Below are positions 16,621-25,981 of a stretch of DNA of 51,502 bases, piece after piece (position 1 is the first letter of the stretch; the number at the start of each line of letters is the position of its first letter). Source of the DNA: a virus (lineage: Duplodnaviria; Caudoviricetes); the IMG/VR virus record IMGVR_UViG_3300042991_000788, positions 1 to 51,502 of that record; one strand, written 5' to 3'. Below the pieces are notes generated by a model, which searched no databases, was not told the DNA's origin, and saw nothing but the letters and a program-made list of their open reading frames with translations. Position numbers and translations under genes: made by a program.

Positions 16621-18990
16621 ATGAAAATAAAGTTATTGTTACTTCTTATCTGTGTGTACTTAGTAAATACAGTCAGTCCTCAATCCTTCAGGGGACTTTC
16701 ACCAAATGATTTAATGGTGAAGAAAGGTGCTTGGTATGATGTTCGGGCTTATAATGCAGGTGTTGCTACATTCAGTAACAATGCTATCAACCAAGCTATT
16801 GATTCTTGTGTTGCTAATGGTGGAGGTACTATTTACTTCCCCCCTGGGACTTATACCCTCAATGATAGTATATTTTTACAGAATAATTTAGTTCTCAAGG
16901 GTGCTGGAGCTTCTACTATTATTTTCGGAAGTCTTTCAAATGGGCCAATATTATCCGCTACCAGTCGTATAGACATTACCATATCTGATATGACCTTTCT
17001 TGGAATTTATGGGGAGTCAGGGATAGGTCTTCGATTTTCTGGTTGCTCTAATATAAAGATACAAAATTGTCATTTTACAACTTTATTATATGGTCTCCAA
17101 TTACTCGGAGCTACTAATGAAAATATCTCTGTTAATGGATGTACCTTTGAACAGTGTACTACAGAGATTCACCATGATGATTGGTCAGCACTTTCCGTAT
17201 ATGGTTCTAATTTTACTTCATATACCCCAGGCTCTTTTCAAGTTGAATCCTTACTTCGAGTAAGGACGGGTGATGTGGAAGTATTGGCAGGAGATTTGAG
17301 CATTGCAGGTAAGGTAGTATCTGGGGATAGTTTGGTAGGGGAAAATCTTAACATAGATCAAAACATCCTTGCAGGAGGTATTGTCTCTGCAGATTCAGCA
17401 TACCTAACCAATAATCTCAGAGTACAGGGAGCTGTTATTGTTCAGGATTCTATAACACTTGATACTAAACATGTCTTAACTACGGATAATATAGTTGAGA
17501 TTAAGCATCCTTTTTGGTTTGGCCCAGACCAATTCCCTCTAACTCAGTGTGTATTTAAAGATACTGCATATAATAATTTAACCAGTACTAGTCGTATTTA
17601 TGTTACTGCCGTCTCTGTTTTTAGTGGAACTAATGATAAAGCGAGATTAACATTAAATTGGTTACCGTATAAAACATCCTTATTTGATCCTCCAGATGCA
17701 ACCCAAAAATGGGCTGCAGTTTGTACAAGTACCTGGGGAGGAGGATTTGGGCCAAATAGAACAGGAGATGCTTCAGTTATAGTTAGAATAGATAGTGCTG
17801 ATTATAGCAATAAGTACATTTATTGTACTTTTCCAAATCAAAATGTAGGGACTTTTCCTTTAGCTGTAAATGATACTTTAGTTATTTATAACCCATTTGA
17901 GGCTGGTTGGGAGTGGAGTGAAGAACCTCTCTTATCTCCAAATTCTTATGTACAATGGAGATATTCTTATTTAAGTGCTGGGCCTACTTTTCTACACAGT
18001 AATGGTTATTTATACATGTTGGTAAATGGGGCAAAAACAATTTCAGGAGAGTCTGCTTTACAATCTATAGGTGTAGCTAGAGTGCATCCAGATTCTATCT
18101 TTACTGCTTCAGCTTGGGAATATTTAAATAGTGATACAGCTCTCATGGATACTTGTACCGCTAAGGGTAGAGGAAGAGGTATCCTAGCAACTTCAATGAT
18201 TAAGTTACGAGATATAGATGCTTATATAGTTTATACTATGCAACATGACGCTACAACAGCTTGGGAAGTATCCTATTTTGTAATGACAGAAGATTTGGAA
18301 ATCTTAGAAGATTTTGGTACAGATATAATTACACCTAAACCTGCTTCTTATGATGCTGGAGCAAATATAGGTACCCTTAGTAGGGGGTTGGGTGCTCCTT
18401 CTGTGATAGAGTATGGTGGAAAATATTTAATGTTATTCTGCAATAGGCATTGTGCAACTACTACTTATGCTGCTCTTGACCATTGGTCCATCTGGGAAGC
18501 AACTTCTACCTATGCAAGAGGGCCTTTTGCTGCAGGAAGTGATAGCATTCTTGCTTCCCATAATAATGAAAGTTTAAGTTATCGCTCTGCTTACCCTGAT
18601 ATGGCTATAATGTTTCTTTTCAAGGGGCGTATTTATGCTCTAATGAGTGGGACTAGCCAATATAGACCTTCAGGATCTAAAGCAAATAGACAGTTTGGTC
18701 TCATCTATAAAGATGAAAGAACTGCATCTTCTCCCTGGGTAGAGGATACAAGAAGTCCTTTATGGATTAATGTTATGCAAAAGTACGATAGTTATGACGC
18801 GTATCCAGGTATTTTTGGTACAGGTACAGGAACAGGAAATAATTATTGGTTTGCTTCTGATCATAGTGGAGGGTATCCTACTTTTTTTAGTAATGTCAAT
18901 GATGGTTTTGCTTATATCTTTTTTGCCTGTAATTCTGGTGCTGATGATTATCGAGTTTGGGGTATGCGACTTAATTCTGAAGATTGGTAA
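16621..18990 (+). CDS. Tailspike-like protein: signal peptide, pectate-lyase-like beta-helix, possible C-terminal glycoside-hydrolase beta-propeller
   Basis: YDVRAYNA...AINQAIDSCVANGGGTIYFPPGTY; PSVIEYGGKYLMLF; MKIKLLLLLICVYLVNTVSP|Q. Confidence 0.75.
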   Translation: MKIKLLLLLICVYLVNTVSPQSFRGLSPNDLMVKKGAWYDVRAYNAGVATFSNNAINQAIDSCVANGGGTIYFPPGTYTLNDSIFLQNNLVLKGAGASTIIFGSLSNGPILSATSRIDITISDMTFLGIYGESGIGLRFSGCSNIKIQNCHFTTLLYGLQLLGATNENISVNGCTFEQCTTEIHHDDWSALSVYGSNFTSYTPGSFQVESLLRVRTGDVEVLAGDLSIAGKVVSGDSLVGENLNIDQNILAGGIVSADSAYLTNNLRVQGAVIVQDSITLDTKHVLTTDNIVEIKHPFWFGPDQFPLTQCVFKDTAYNNLTSTSRIYVTAVSVFSGTNDKARLTLNWLPYKTSLFDPPDATQKWAAVCTSTWGGGFGPNRTGDASVIVRIDSADYSNKYIYCTFPNQNVGTFPLAVNDTLVIYNPFEAGWEWSEEPLLSPNSYVQWRYSYLSAGPTFLHSNGYLYMLVNGAKTISGESALQSIGVARVHPDSIFTASAWEYLNSDTALMDTCTAKGRGRGILATSMIKLRDIDAYIVYTMQHDATTAWEVSYFVMTEDLEILEDFGTDIITPKPASYDAGANIGTLSRGLGAPSVIEYGGKYLMLFCNRHCATTTYAALDHWSIWEATSTYARGPFAAGSDSILASHNNESLSYRSAYPDMAIMFLFKGRIYALMSGTSQYRPSGSKANRQFGLIYKDERTASSPWVEDTRSPLWINVMQKYDSYDAYPGIFGTGTGTGNNYWFASDHSGGYPTFFSNVNDGFAYIFFACNSGADDYRVWGMRLNSEDW
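16650..16672. promoter_or_regulatory. 23-bp palindrome family, copy 9 (inside CDS)
   Basis: CTGTGTGTA CTTAG TAAATACAG. Confidence 0.75.
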
Positions 18991-18993
18991 TAC

Positions 18994-19016
18994 CTGTGTA
19001 TACTAAATACACACAG
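18994..19016. promoter_or_regulatory. 23-bp palindrome family, copy 10
   Basis: CTGTGTATA CTAAA TACACACAG. Confidence 0.9.
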
Positions 19017-19031
19017 GTCTTTTAATAAACC

Positions 19032-19054
19032 CTATGTTTACTAAATATACACAG
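19032..19054. promoter_or_regulatory. 23-bp palindrome family, copy 11
   Basis: CTATGTTTA CTAAA TATACACAG. Confidence 0.85.
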
Positions 19055-19062
19055 GTGGTTAT

Positions 19063-21177
19063 ATGAAAAAATTTTTTGTTCTCATCCTTTGTTTATTTCT
19101 TTCTGGACAAGTTTTATCCCAATATCGGGGTTCTGGTGGTACTGCTTCTTTTAAAGTAGTAACTGATACCACTAGCAATAACACTGGTGAGGGTAAGACA
19201 TTTTGGTTTGGTTCACAACCTTGGATACATGATGGGACTTATTATAAGCTTTTAAATTACTCTACCCCTAATGGAGTACAGGAAGGATATAGATACAGAT
19301 TAGGTAGAGCGACAGGTACGACGGGGCAGGTAATGGCGCTACGGACTGAGAGTACGCCAGATACAACTTACTTTACTACTTACAATGCAGATAACACTGC
19401 ATTACTTACTCGAAACGTAGGCGGACCATATACCTACATGACCAATACTGGAGATAATTTTGGTATTGGTACTACCTCACCTACGACCAAACTCCATGTC
19501 GATGGCAATATTACAGTCACTGACAATGATTGGATTGGATTAGGCGCTGCTGCTGGTAGGATTGAGTTTGATGACCAAACAACAGATGAATTAAATATTC
19601 TAAATGCTCATATAGGAATAGGCACAAGTACTCCAGCACAAATGCTCCATTTAGCAAATGGAGGTAGTATTACTTGGGGTAATAGTTTTAGTACTTCCGC
19701 CCTGAATCAAATGGTGAGGTTGTACGATGATAATGTTTCCCTATATGCTAATACATTAACCTATTCTGGGTCTCGTGTAAAATTGGCAAGTATAATGCCC
19801 ACCCTAGCAGATTTTGCAGTAAGTACTTATTCATCCTATCCAACAAGTCAAAGTAGTTTCAGAGAGATTTTTAGAATTTCTGGCACAAATGGTTTTTTCT
19901 ATGTAGGAGATACCACAAGTGGGGATAAAGATTGGCGACTTCAAATTGGCGATGATGCTGATTGGACGCGATATATTGGTTGGGATGATGGTAATGATAA
20001 TTTTGTATTTGAGGGGGGTAGTTATTGCTTTAATGATGGAGGTGCAGATTACAATTGGCGCATTGAATCTGATGCCGACGCCAATTGCTTTGTCGTAGAC
20101 GGAGGATTAAATGCGGTGGGTATTGGTGTTCTAGCCCCCGCAGCGAAGTTAGATATAACTTCCACTACCGCACAGTTACAGTTGAGTTATAACATGACTA
20201 CTAAGACTGTACTTCAAACTAATAATTATGGAGATTTAACGATTACCCCTTCGGGTGGGGATTTAACTTTAGCTGGAAGATTAGGAATTGGTGGAACTTC
20301 TACTACATCATACTTGAATATACTGGCAACATCAGATTTTTCGACTACTCCAATATTAGCCAGAAGCACAGGATCCAGTGCAAGTGCTGCATGGGCAACT
20401 ACTCAAGTGGTGGCTGTTTCGACTGGAAATGCAGTTGATGGGTTTGGTTCTGTGTTATCATTTGGGTTTACAGACACAGATGTAACAAATTCAATATTAG
20501 GATTTGTTGGAGCTGTTAGAGAAGATGCAGATAATTCTGGAGCAATTATTTGTAGGCCTTATAGAGCAGGAGTAGATCGAGAGGTATTACGAATAAGTGG
20601 TAAAGGCTCGGTCGGTATTAATGATGCTAGCCTGGCTGGAACCTACGATTTAGAAGTCGGGGACTCGACTCAAATTGGAGGTAATTTATTACTTGGTGCT
20701 TATACTGGAGTGTATTCTTATATACATCCAGGGAGCGCCGGATTTACGGTATCAAGTACGGAAGGGATTAAAAAAATTGGGCCAGAAAAGAATGTTTTAA
20801 ATATCTTAGATTTAGCTAAACAGGTTCAAGTGAGGGAGTGGAGTTTCGATAGCAGCAAAGTATATGAGAAGTTTATTCAACCAGTTGGATTTGACACCCT
20901 TACAAAGGTCATGCAAGACAGTATCCGAGATATCTATGAGAAACCTGCAAAGGTAAGAGCAGGTGAATTATCGAGAAAGAAACACTATACACCAATAGCT
21001 GAAGATTGGTATTCAGTCAGTCAGCATTTTGGTGGAAGCCCAAAGGAAATAAACTCAGAACAAGTAATGTGGGCACAATTTCTAATGATTCAAAAGTTAA
21101 TTAAAAGAGTTGAAGCTTTAGAGACTGAAAGTGAAGTAGTAAAAACTCGACTTAATAAATTAGAAAAAGCAAAGTAG
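19063..21177 (+). CDS. Tail-fibre-like protein with signal peptide and C-terminal intramolecular chaperone (peptidase S74-like)
   Basis: Repeated GIGTTSPTTKLHVDG-type units; SSTEGIKK...VREWSF...IAED...IQKLIKRVEALE; MKKFFVLILCLFLSGQVLS|Q. Confidence 0.75.
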   Translation: MKKFFVLILCLFLSGQVLSQYRGSGGTASFKVVTDTTSNNTGEGKTFWFGSQPWIHDGTYYKLLNYSTPNGVQEGYRYRLGRATGTTGQVMALRTESTPDTTYFTTYNADNTALLTRNVGGPYTYMTNTGDNFGIGTTSPTTKLHVDGNITVTDNDWIGLGAAAGRIEFDDQTTDELNILNAHIGIGTSTPAQMLHLANGGSITWGNSFSTSALNQMVRLYDDNVSLYANTLTYSGSRVKLASIMPTLADFAVSTYSSYPTSQSSFREIFRISGTNGFFYVGDTTSGDKDWRLQIGDDADWTRYIGWDDGNDNFVFEGGSYCFNDGGADYNWRIESDADANCFVVDGGLNAVGIGVLAPAAKLDITSTTAQLQLSYNMTTKTVLQTNNYGDLTITPSGGDLTLAGRLGIGGTSTTSYLNILATSDFSTTPILARSTGSSASAAWATTQVVAVSTGNAVDGFGSVLSFGFTDTDVTNSILGFVGAVREDADNSGAIICRPYRAGVDREVLRISGKGSVGINDASLAGTYDLEVGDSTQIGGNLLLGAYTGVYSYIHPGSAGFTVSSTEGIKKIGPEKNVLNILDLAKQVQVREWSFDSSKVYEKFIQPVGFDTLTKVMQDSIRDIYEKPAKVRAGELSRKKHYTPIAEDWYSVSQHFGGSPKEINSEQVMWAQFLMIQKLIKRVEALETESEVVKTRLNKLEKAK

Positions 21178-21188
21178 AGGTAAAGTAA

Positions 21189-21584
21189 ATGCTTAAAATA
21201 TTATCTTTTCTTTTATTATTCATAAGTATTTCAAATGCCCAAACCCAATACTTTGTAAATACTAATCCAGCCTGTCATTGGGATAGTAATAAAGAAGTTG
21301 ATCTTGCAGGTTATGTAGTACATTTAGATATATTTAAGTATAATGAAGGTACTCAGGATACTATCATTTTTGCTCTATCCCAGGATACTACCTTTATGGT
21401 ACCTAATGAATTATTATTTGAAGCAGATTATCGTTTCGGGATACAAGCAGTTGATCTGGCTGGGAATAAAAGTGATATAACTTGGTCTAACAAACAGTGT
21501 TTTAGTTCTACTACAGTTTGTTGGTATGCTCGTTATGATATAACATCTCCAGGAAGTGTAAGAAGTATAAAACCTAGTTTTTAG
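21189..21584 (+). CDS. Signal-peptide-bearing fibronectin type III-like protein
   Basis: WDSNKEVDLAGYVVH...YRFGIQAVDLAGNKSD; MLKILSFLLLFISISNA|Q. Confidence 0.75.
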   Translation: MLKILSFLLLFISISNAQTQYFVNTNPACHWDSNKEVDLAGYVVHLDIFKYNEGTQDTIIFALSQDTTFMVPNELLFEADYRFGIQAVDLAGNKSDITWSNKQCFSSTTVCWYARYDITSPGSVRSIKPSF

Positions 21585-21589
21585 ACAAT

Positions 21590-21612
21590 CTGTGTATATT
21601 TAGTACACATAG
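21590..21612. promoter_or_regulatory. 23-bp palindrome family, copy 12
   Basis: CTGTGTATA TTTAG TACACATAG. Confidence 0.9.
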
Positions 21613-21624
21613 TTAGGAGGATTA

Positions 21625-21909
21625 ATGAAGTATTTTACAAATGGTTGGAATTGGGTTCATTTATGTTATGGTTTTTGGTTACCTGTTATGGGAGCAGCTA
21701 TGTTTAAAAACACTCCTTCCTATTTCTTTTTGCTACTTGCTTTACTAACAGATATTTTAAAAGAGATTTTAGATCAAGTAGCATCATTTCGAGGATCTAC
21801 TTTTATGTTTAAGTTAGGTTTTGATCCTGCGGGTGCTGATCCTAAAGATGTTGGTATGTGTTCTGTTGGTATCTTAATGGCTTTATACGCATTGAGTAGG
21901 TTATGTTAA
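21625..21909 (+). CDS. Small multi-pass membrane protein
   Basis: Two to three hydrophobic segments; AGGAGG RBS. Confidence 0.7.
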   Translation: MKYFTNGWNWVHLCYGFWLPVMGAAMFKNTPSYFFLLLALLTDILKEILDQVASFRGSTFMFKLGFDPAGADPKDVGMCSVGILMALYALSRLC

Positions 21910-22280
21910 ACTCTAGAGTATTAGTATCCATTATCATTCCTACCTACAATGGAGTGGCTACTTTAAAAAGAGCTGTTGATTCTATCAGAAATCAGAAGGC
22001 TAAATGGACCTATGAAATTTTAGTCTGTGATGATAATTCAGTAGATAATACCAGAGAATTAGCAATGAAATTAGGGTGCCAAGTTTTTATTAATGAAACC
22101 CATACTGGTGGTCCAAACCCAGGAAAGAATCTTGGCCTTAAAAAAGCTAGAGGTAAGTTTATTTGTTTCCTAGATCAGGATGATGAATGGTTACCTAATA
22201 AAATAGAAGCTCAGTTATCTGAAATGGAGAAGGGAGCAGACCTTGTTGCCTCAGCAGCAATTATCCGAATGGAGAATTAA
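21903..22280 (+). CDS. Glycosyltransferase family 2, N-terminal part
   Basis: VSIIIPTYN, CDDNSVD, FLDQDDEWLPNK. Confidence 0.85.
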   Translation: MLNSRVLVSIIIPTYNGVATLKRAVDSIRNQKAKWTYEILVCDDNSVDNTRELAMKLGCQVFINETHTGGPNPGKNLGLKKARGKFICFLDQDDEWLPNKIEAQLSEMEKGADLVASAAIIRMEN

Positions 22281-22698
22281 AGAGGGAAATATTTATTACA
22301 TGAGTAGTATAATGCTCAGAAATGAAAATATTCCTGATTTTGAAACTATCTATAATCAAGTAGATTATGATTGGCTTCTTAAAGTTACTGAGGGAAAGAA
22401 ATGTGTTAATATCCCAGCTTGTGTTCTTCGTTATGTTAATGGGAAGAATCTTAGTTTAAATGAAGAATATAGGGTAAGAGCCTTAGGTATAACCTTGAGT
22501 ACTTGTGGTAAGGATTTAAGTACGGTTCAAAGAGTTTTTGGTACTCATGCTAGGTATTATTATAAAGTATTAAATGGAGAAAAAGCAAGATTCTGGTTTA
22601 AGAAAACTAAATGGAACTTCAAGATAGTTACATACTATTTGACAAGTTACTCTATTACTTGCATGAAATTTATTAATAAACACTGGCAGGTTTTTTAA
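22243..22698 (+). CDS. Glycosyltransferase family 2, C-terminal part (different frame; start uncertain)
   Basis: SSIMLR...DYDWLLKV continues the GT2 pattern. Confidence 0.65.
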   Translation: MLPQQQLSEWRIKEGNIYYMSSIMLRNENIPDFETIYNQVDYDWLLKVTEGKKCVNIPACVLRYVNGKNLSLNEEYRVRALGITLSTCGKDLSTVQRVFGTHARYYYKVLNGEKARFWFKKTKWNFKIVTYYLTSYSITCMKFINKHWQVF

Positions 22699-23087
22699 TG
22701 AACAGATATAAGGTAAAGGAAAAGATTGCTTTAATTAACTTTCATTTTGAGTTTGGTACTAGGATTATAAATAATTTTAGATCATTAATGATGGTAGTTA
22801 TAGTAGCAAAACTATTTGAGGTACCACTTTATTTTTATCCTTTTATTATTTTTAGCTATGGAAGTGCTTGCTGGTTCCTTGGATATATTTCTGATAAGTT
22901 TAATTTGCCACCTCTTTTTCAATCTGTGTACTACACTAAATCAGGTAATCAGGTATTGATTATGCAACAAATATTACAGGGGATACGGAGTGGATATAAT
23001 GATAGAGAATACCCTATTATTGAAACTGATAATAATAGTACTACCTCTATTAGCAACAATAATCGGGGGATTCATAAAGGTAATTAA
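22698..23087 (+). CDS. Membrane protein (two predicted helices)
   Basis: LMMVVIVAKLF and LYFYPFIIFSYGSACWFLGYI. Confidence 0.65.
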   Translation: MNRYKVKEKIALINFHFEFGTRIINNFRSLMMVVIVAKLFEVPLYFYPFIIFSYGSACWFLGYISDKFNLPPLFQSVYYTKSGNQVLIMQQILQGIRSGYNDREYPIIETDNNSTTSISNNNRGIHKGN

Positions 23088-23217
23088 AGATGTTGAGATT
23101 ATAAGAGTTCAACAAGTATTGTTTTTTCAAACTTTAACTTCACTAGGAGAACGTGTTCATGAATGTGAAACCTGGTCGCGTACTCATATAGAAAGTAAAC
23201 ATAATGGATCTAAATAA
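22999..23217 (+). CDS. Small single-pass membrane protein (holin-like)
   Basis: ATG 22999 with GGAG RBS; LLLKLIIIVLPLLATIIGGFI then a charged helix. Confidence 0.55.
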   Translation: MIENTLLLKLIIIVLPLLATIIGGFIKVIKDVEIIRVQQVLFFQTLTSLGERVHECETWSRTHIESKHNGSK

Positions 23218-23241
23218 ATATTTTTACCTCTGGAGGTGGAG

Positions 23242-23745
23242 ATGAAAAAGGTTTTCTTTTTATTATTTATCTTAACAGGTGTAACTTTTGGACAAAATTT
23301 TTATGATAGTCCAAGTCGAGCAGTTATGGATACATTAGGTACTGTATCCTACATCACAAGAGATTTTTATTTCAATCCTGCAAATACTAATACTGGAGTT
23401 ATTTGGAATAATGGTACTTCAGAATTAAAAGTAGTTTCTACTACATACAGTGTTATCCAAACAGTAGATACTTTAACAGTAGATGCTTGGGGAATTACTT
23501 TAATTAAGCATAAAAAACCCTTTTGGGCTAAGAATGAAACTGTATCTTACTATACAGATAGTACTCGTATAGGTACTGTCCCAGTAACAGCAGATACTTC
23601 CCTTAAGAATTTTGCTTTTGACCAGATTTTTTCTACCTTTTACACCTATGATGGTGTTCGGGTAAAGTATAAGTTAGGCGGTAGTGATGCTGATTCAGTA
23701 AAGATTTGGTCAGTAGTAAGGTTATATATTCCAAGTAAGGATTGA
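23242..23745 (+). CDS. Signal-peptide-bearing beta-rich protein
   Basis: GGAGG RBS; MKKVFFLLFILTGVTFG|Q. Confidence 0.75.
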   Translation: MKKVFFLLFILTGVTFGQNFYDSPSRAVMDTLGTVSYITRDFYFNPANTNTGVIWNNGTSELKVVSTTYSVIQTVDTLTVDAWGITLIKHKKPFWAKNETVSYYTDSTRIGTVPVTADTSLKNFAFDQIFSTFYTYDGVRVKYKLGGSDADSVKIWSVVRLYIPSKD

Positions 23746-25307
23746 TAATGGAACTGAATCTTAATACAATTTCTGCAGATGAGAAAGATTTGCTGGGTGA
23801 GATGCTTGCTCGGGGTTATAAGGATAGTGCTTTCTTAGCAAGATTACTTTTTCCTACTGCTTTTAGATCTGAAATAAGTGTATTGCATAAAAGATATTTT
23901 GATTTTATAGATAACTGTGAATGTCCTAAAAAAGCTATTGTTGCACCTAGAGGATTTGGTAAGACAACTATCAATGAGTTTACAGCAAAGAAAAGAATTC
24001 TTTACCAAGATAAGAAATTCATAGGTTATCTTACAGCAAGTGGTGATGTTGCAGTAACTATTTCAGATAGTATTAAGACTGACCTTATTAGTAATTCTTT
24101 AGTAAAGAAAATCTTTGGGGATGTCAGTACTAGTAAAGTAGAAGGTATTGATGAGAAATGGGCGGAGAAATCTTGGATAGCTAATGGTTATACTATGATC
24201 CTCCCTAGGGGGTATGGTCAGCAGGTTAATGGTTTGAAATGGCTTTCTTATAGGCCTGACCTTTGGTTAGTTGATGATCTTGAGGATAGAGTTGAAGTAA
24301 GGAGTGAAGAACAAAGGACTAAATTACGTAAGTGGTTTTATGGGGTTTTGTTATACACTTTCTCTCAGTATGCAAGTGAAAGTAGTTCTCTTGAAATTAT
24401 TTATACTGATACTATAAAACATCCAGATGCTTTTATCTGTCATTTGATGGATGATCCAGATTGGGAAGTACTTAACCTTCCTGTATGTGATGATAAATAT
24501 CATACTTTAGCACCTAGTTTTAAGACTCAAGAAACACTTGATAAAGAAATTATAAGTCATAGGCGTAATGGTACTATGGATGTGTTTGCTATGGAGATGA
24601 TGGGGCGAGCACAGAGTGAAGAAACAAAGGATTTTAAATCAAGTTGGATTAAATACTATAGTGAAAATGATGAAGATTTCATTAAGAAAGTAAAGCCAAG
24701 ATTAATAAATATCTTATTATGGGATCCAGCTAAGACGAAAAGAGTTACGTCTGCAGATACAGGTTTAGTTGTCTGGGGAATAGACCTCGAGTACAATGCG
24801 TTTTATGCCAGATTAGCAGTAGGGGAAAAACTTACTGTTGGGGAACAACATGATAGAGTAATGTCTCTTGCAGAATGGTATAAGATTCAGGTTCTTGGAA
24901 TAGAAGTTAATAGTCTTGAAGATCATATTCTCTACCCTTTTATAAATGAATGTAATAGAAGAAAGAAGTTCTGGCTTCCTCCACTTATACAAGAGTTAAA
25001 ACCACGGGCTGGTAAGGGAGAATTAAGAGGTGAGGAAGGAGGTAAAGAAGGAAGAATATCTTTACTTTATCCTTACTACGAAAAAGGTCTTGTTTACCAT
25101 GAGTTAATAGGTGCTAATGCACTTGAAGCTCAGTTACTTGGATCAAGATTACGTGATATTGCAGATGCAGCAGCATACCTTCCACAGGTTTTAATGAGTG
25201 GATTGAAGTTTATGTCTCCTCAATCTGTTGAGGAGGATCTTTTTATGATTGAAGATGAATATAAACAATTAACGAATGAGCCTATTTTTACTCGGGCTTT
25301 AATTTAA
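23742..25307 (+). CDS. terL: Terminase large subunit
   Basis: Walker A APRGFGKT, Walker B LWLVDDLE, nuclease WDPA...D...DIADAAAY. Confidence 0.92.
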   Translation: MIMELNLNTISADEKDLLGEMLARGYKDSAFLARLLFPTAFRSEISVLHKRYFDFIDNCECPKKAIVAPRGFGKTTINEFTAKKRILYQDKKFIGYLTASGDVAVTISDSIKTDLISNSLVKKIFGDVSTSKVEGIDEKWAEKSWIANGYTMILPRGYGQQVNGLKWLSYRPDLWLVDDLEDRVEVRSEEQRTKLRKWFYGVLLYTFSQYASESSSLEIIYTDTIKHPDAFICHLMDDPDWEVLNLPVCDDKYHTLAPSFKTQETLDKEIISHRRNGTMDVFAMEMMGRAQSEETKDFKSSWIKYYSENDEDFIKKVKPRLINILLWDPAKTKRVTSADTGLVVWGIDLEYNAFYARLAVGEKLTVGEQHDRVMSLAEWYKIQVLGIEVNSLEDHILYPFINECNRRKKFWLPPLIQELKPRAGKGELRGEEGGKEGRISLLYPYYEKGLVYHELIGANALEAQLLGSRLRDIADAAAYLPQVLMSGLKFMSPQSVEEDLFMIEDEYKQLTNEPIFTRALI

Positions 25308-25308
25308 T

Positions 25309-25331
25309 CTATGTTTACTAAATACACACAG
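25309..25331. promoter_or_regulatory. 23-bp palindrome family, copy 13
   Basis: CTATGTTTA CTAAA TACACACAG. Confidence 0.9.
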
Positions 25332-25338
25332 GTATATT

Positions 25339-25980
25339 ATGGCAATTCCTGGACAAGTAACGGGTGTAGTTGTTTCGAAAAATGGTAGTAGAAGATTCTA
25401 CCTTTCTTATAATAAGGTAGTAGGGTCTGGATATTACATTTACCTTTCTATTGATGGAGGGTTAAATTACATTATCATAAAGCATGTAGATGATGATGAT
25501 GAAATAAATACTCAAGTAGGTCGTGTCGATGCTGCTACAGAGTATTATATTAAAGTAGCTGCTTTTAATGCTGAAGGAGTCGGAGCAGCGTCTGTACCTA
25601 TTAGTTCTACTACACTTGTAGAAAATATACAGGGTGCTTGGGTTGGAGGAGGAAAAAAGAATTATGATGCAAATTCTATGTACCCTGAAGAAGCACAAAA
25701 TCTTGATAGTCTGCGAGGAGAAGGGACTACAGATATAGAAATTACAATGGTGCCTGGGGGGGATAATGGTCAGTTCCAATACAACAATTCAGGTCATTTG
25801 TATGGGACTGATGATTTAAAAATAAATATAAATACATGTATAGTTACAGCTTATCTTCTTGCTATAAGTAACATAAAAAGTGGATCTAGTCAATCTGCTG
25901 CAGGTGCTGTAGCAGGAGAAATTTGGAAGACAGCAGCTCATGTTCTTCTTCCAAATAATGTACTAATGATAGGAGTTTAA
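25339..25980 (+). CDS. Virion protein with N-terminal fibronectin type III domain
   Basis: TEYYIKVAAFNAEGVGAAS; GGDNGQFQYNNSG fibre-type motif. Confidence 0.7.
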   Translation: MAIPGQVTGVVVSKNGSRRFYLSYNKVVGSGYYIYLSIDGGLNYIIIKHVDDDDEINTQVGRVDAATEYYIKVAAFNAEGVGAASVPISSTTLVENIQGAWVGGGKKNYDANSMYPEEAQNLDSLRGEGTTDIEITMVPGGDNGQFQYNNSGHLYGTDDLKININTCIVTAYLLAISNIKSGSSQSAAGAVAGEIWKTAAHVLLPNNVLMIGV

Positions 25981-25981
25981 T

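Noticed and set aside
22924-22944. Possible 19th palindrome CTGTGTACTACACTAAATCAG
   Set aside because: Arms and spacing do not fit the consensus; may be chance
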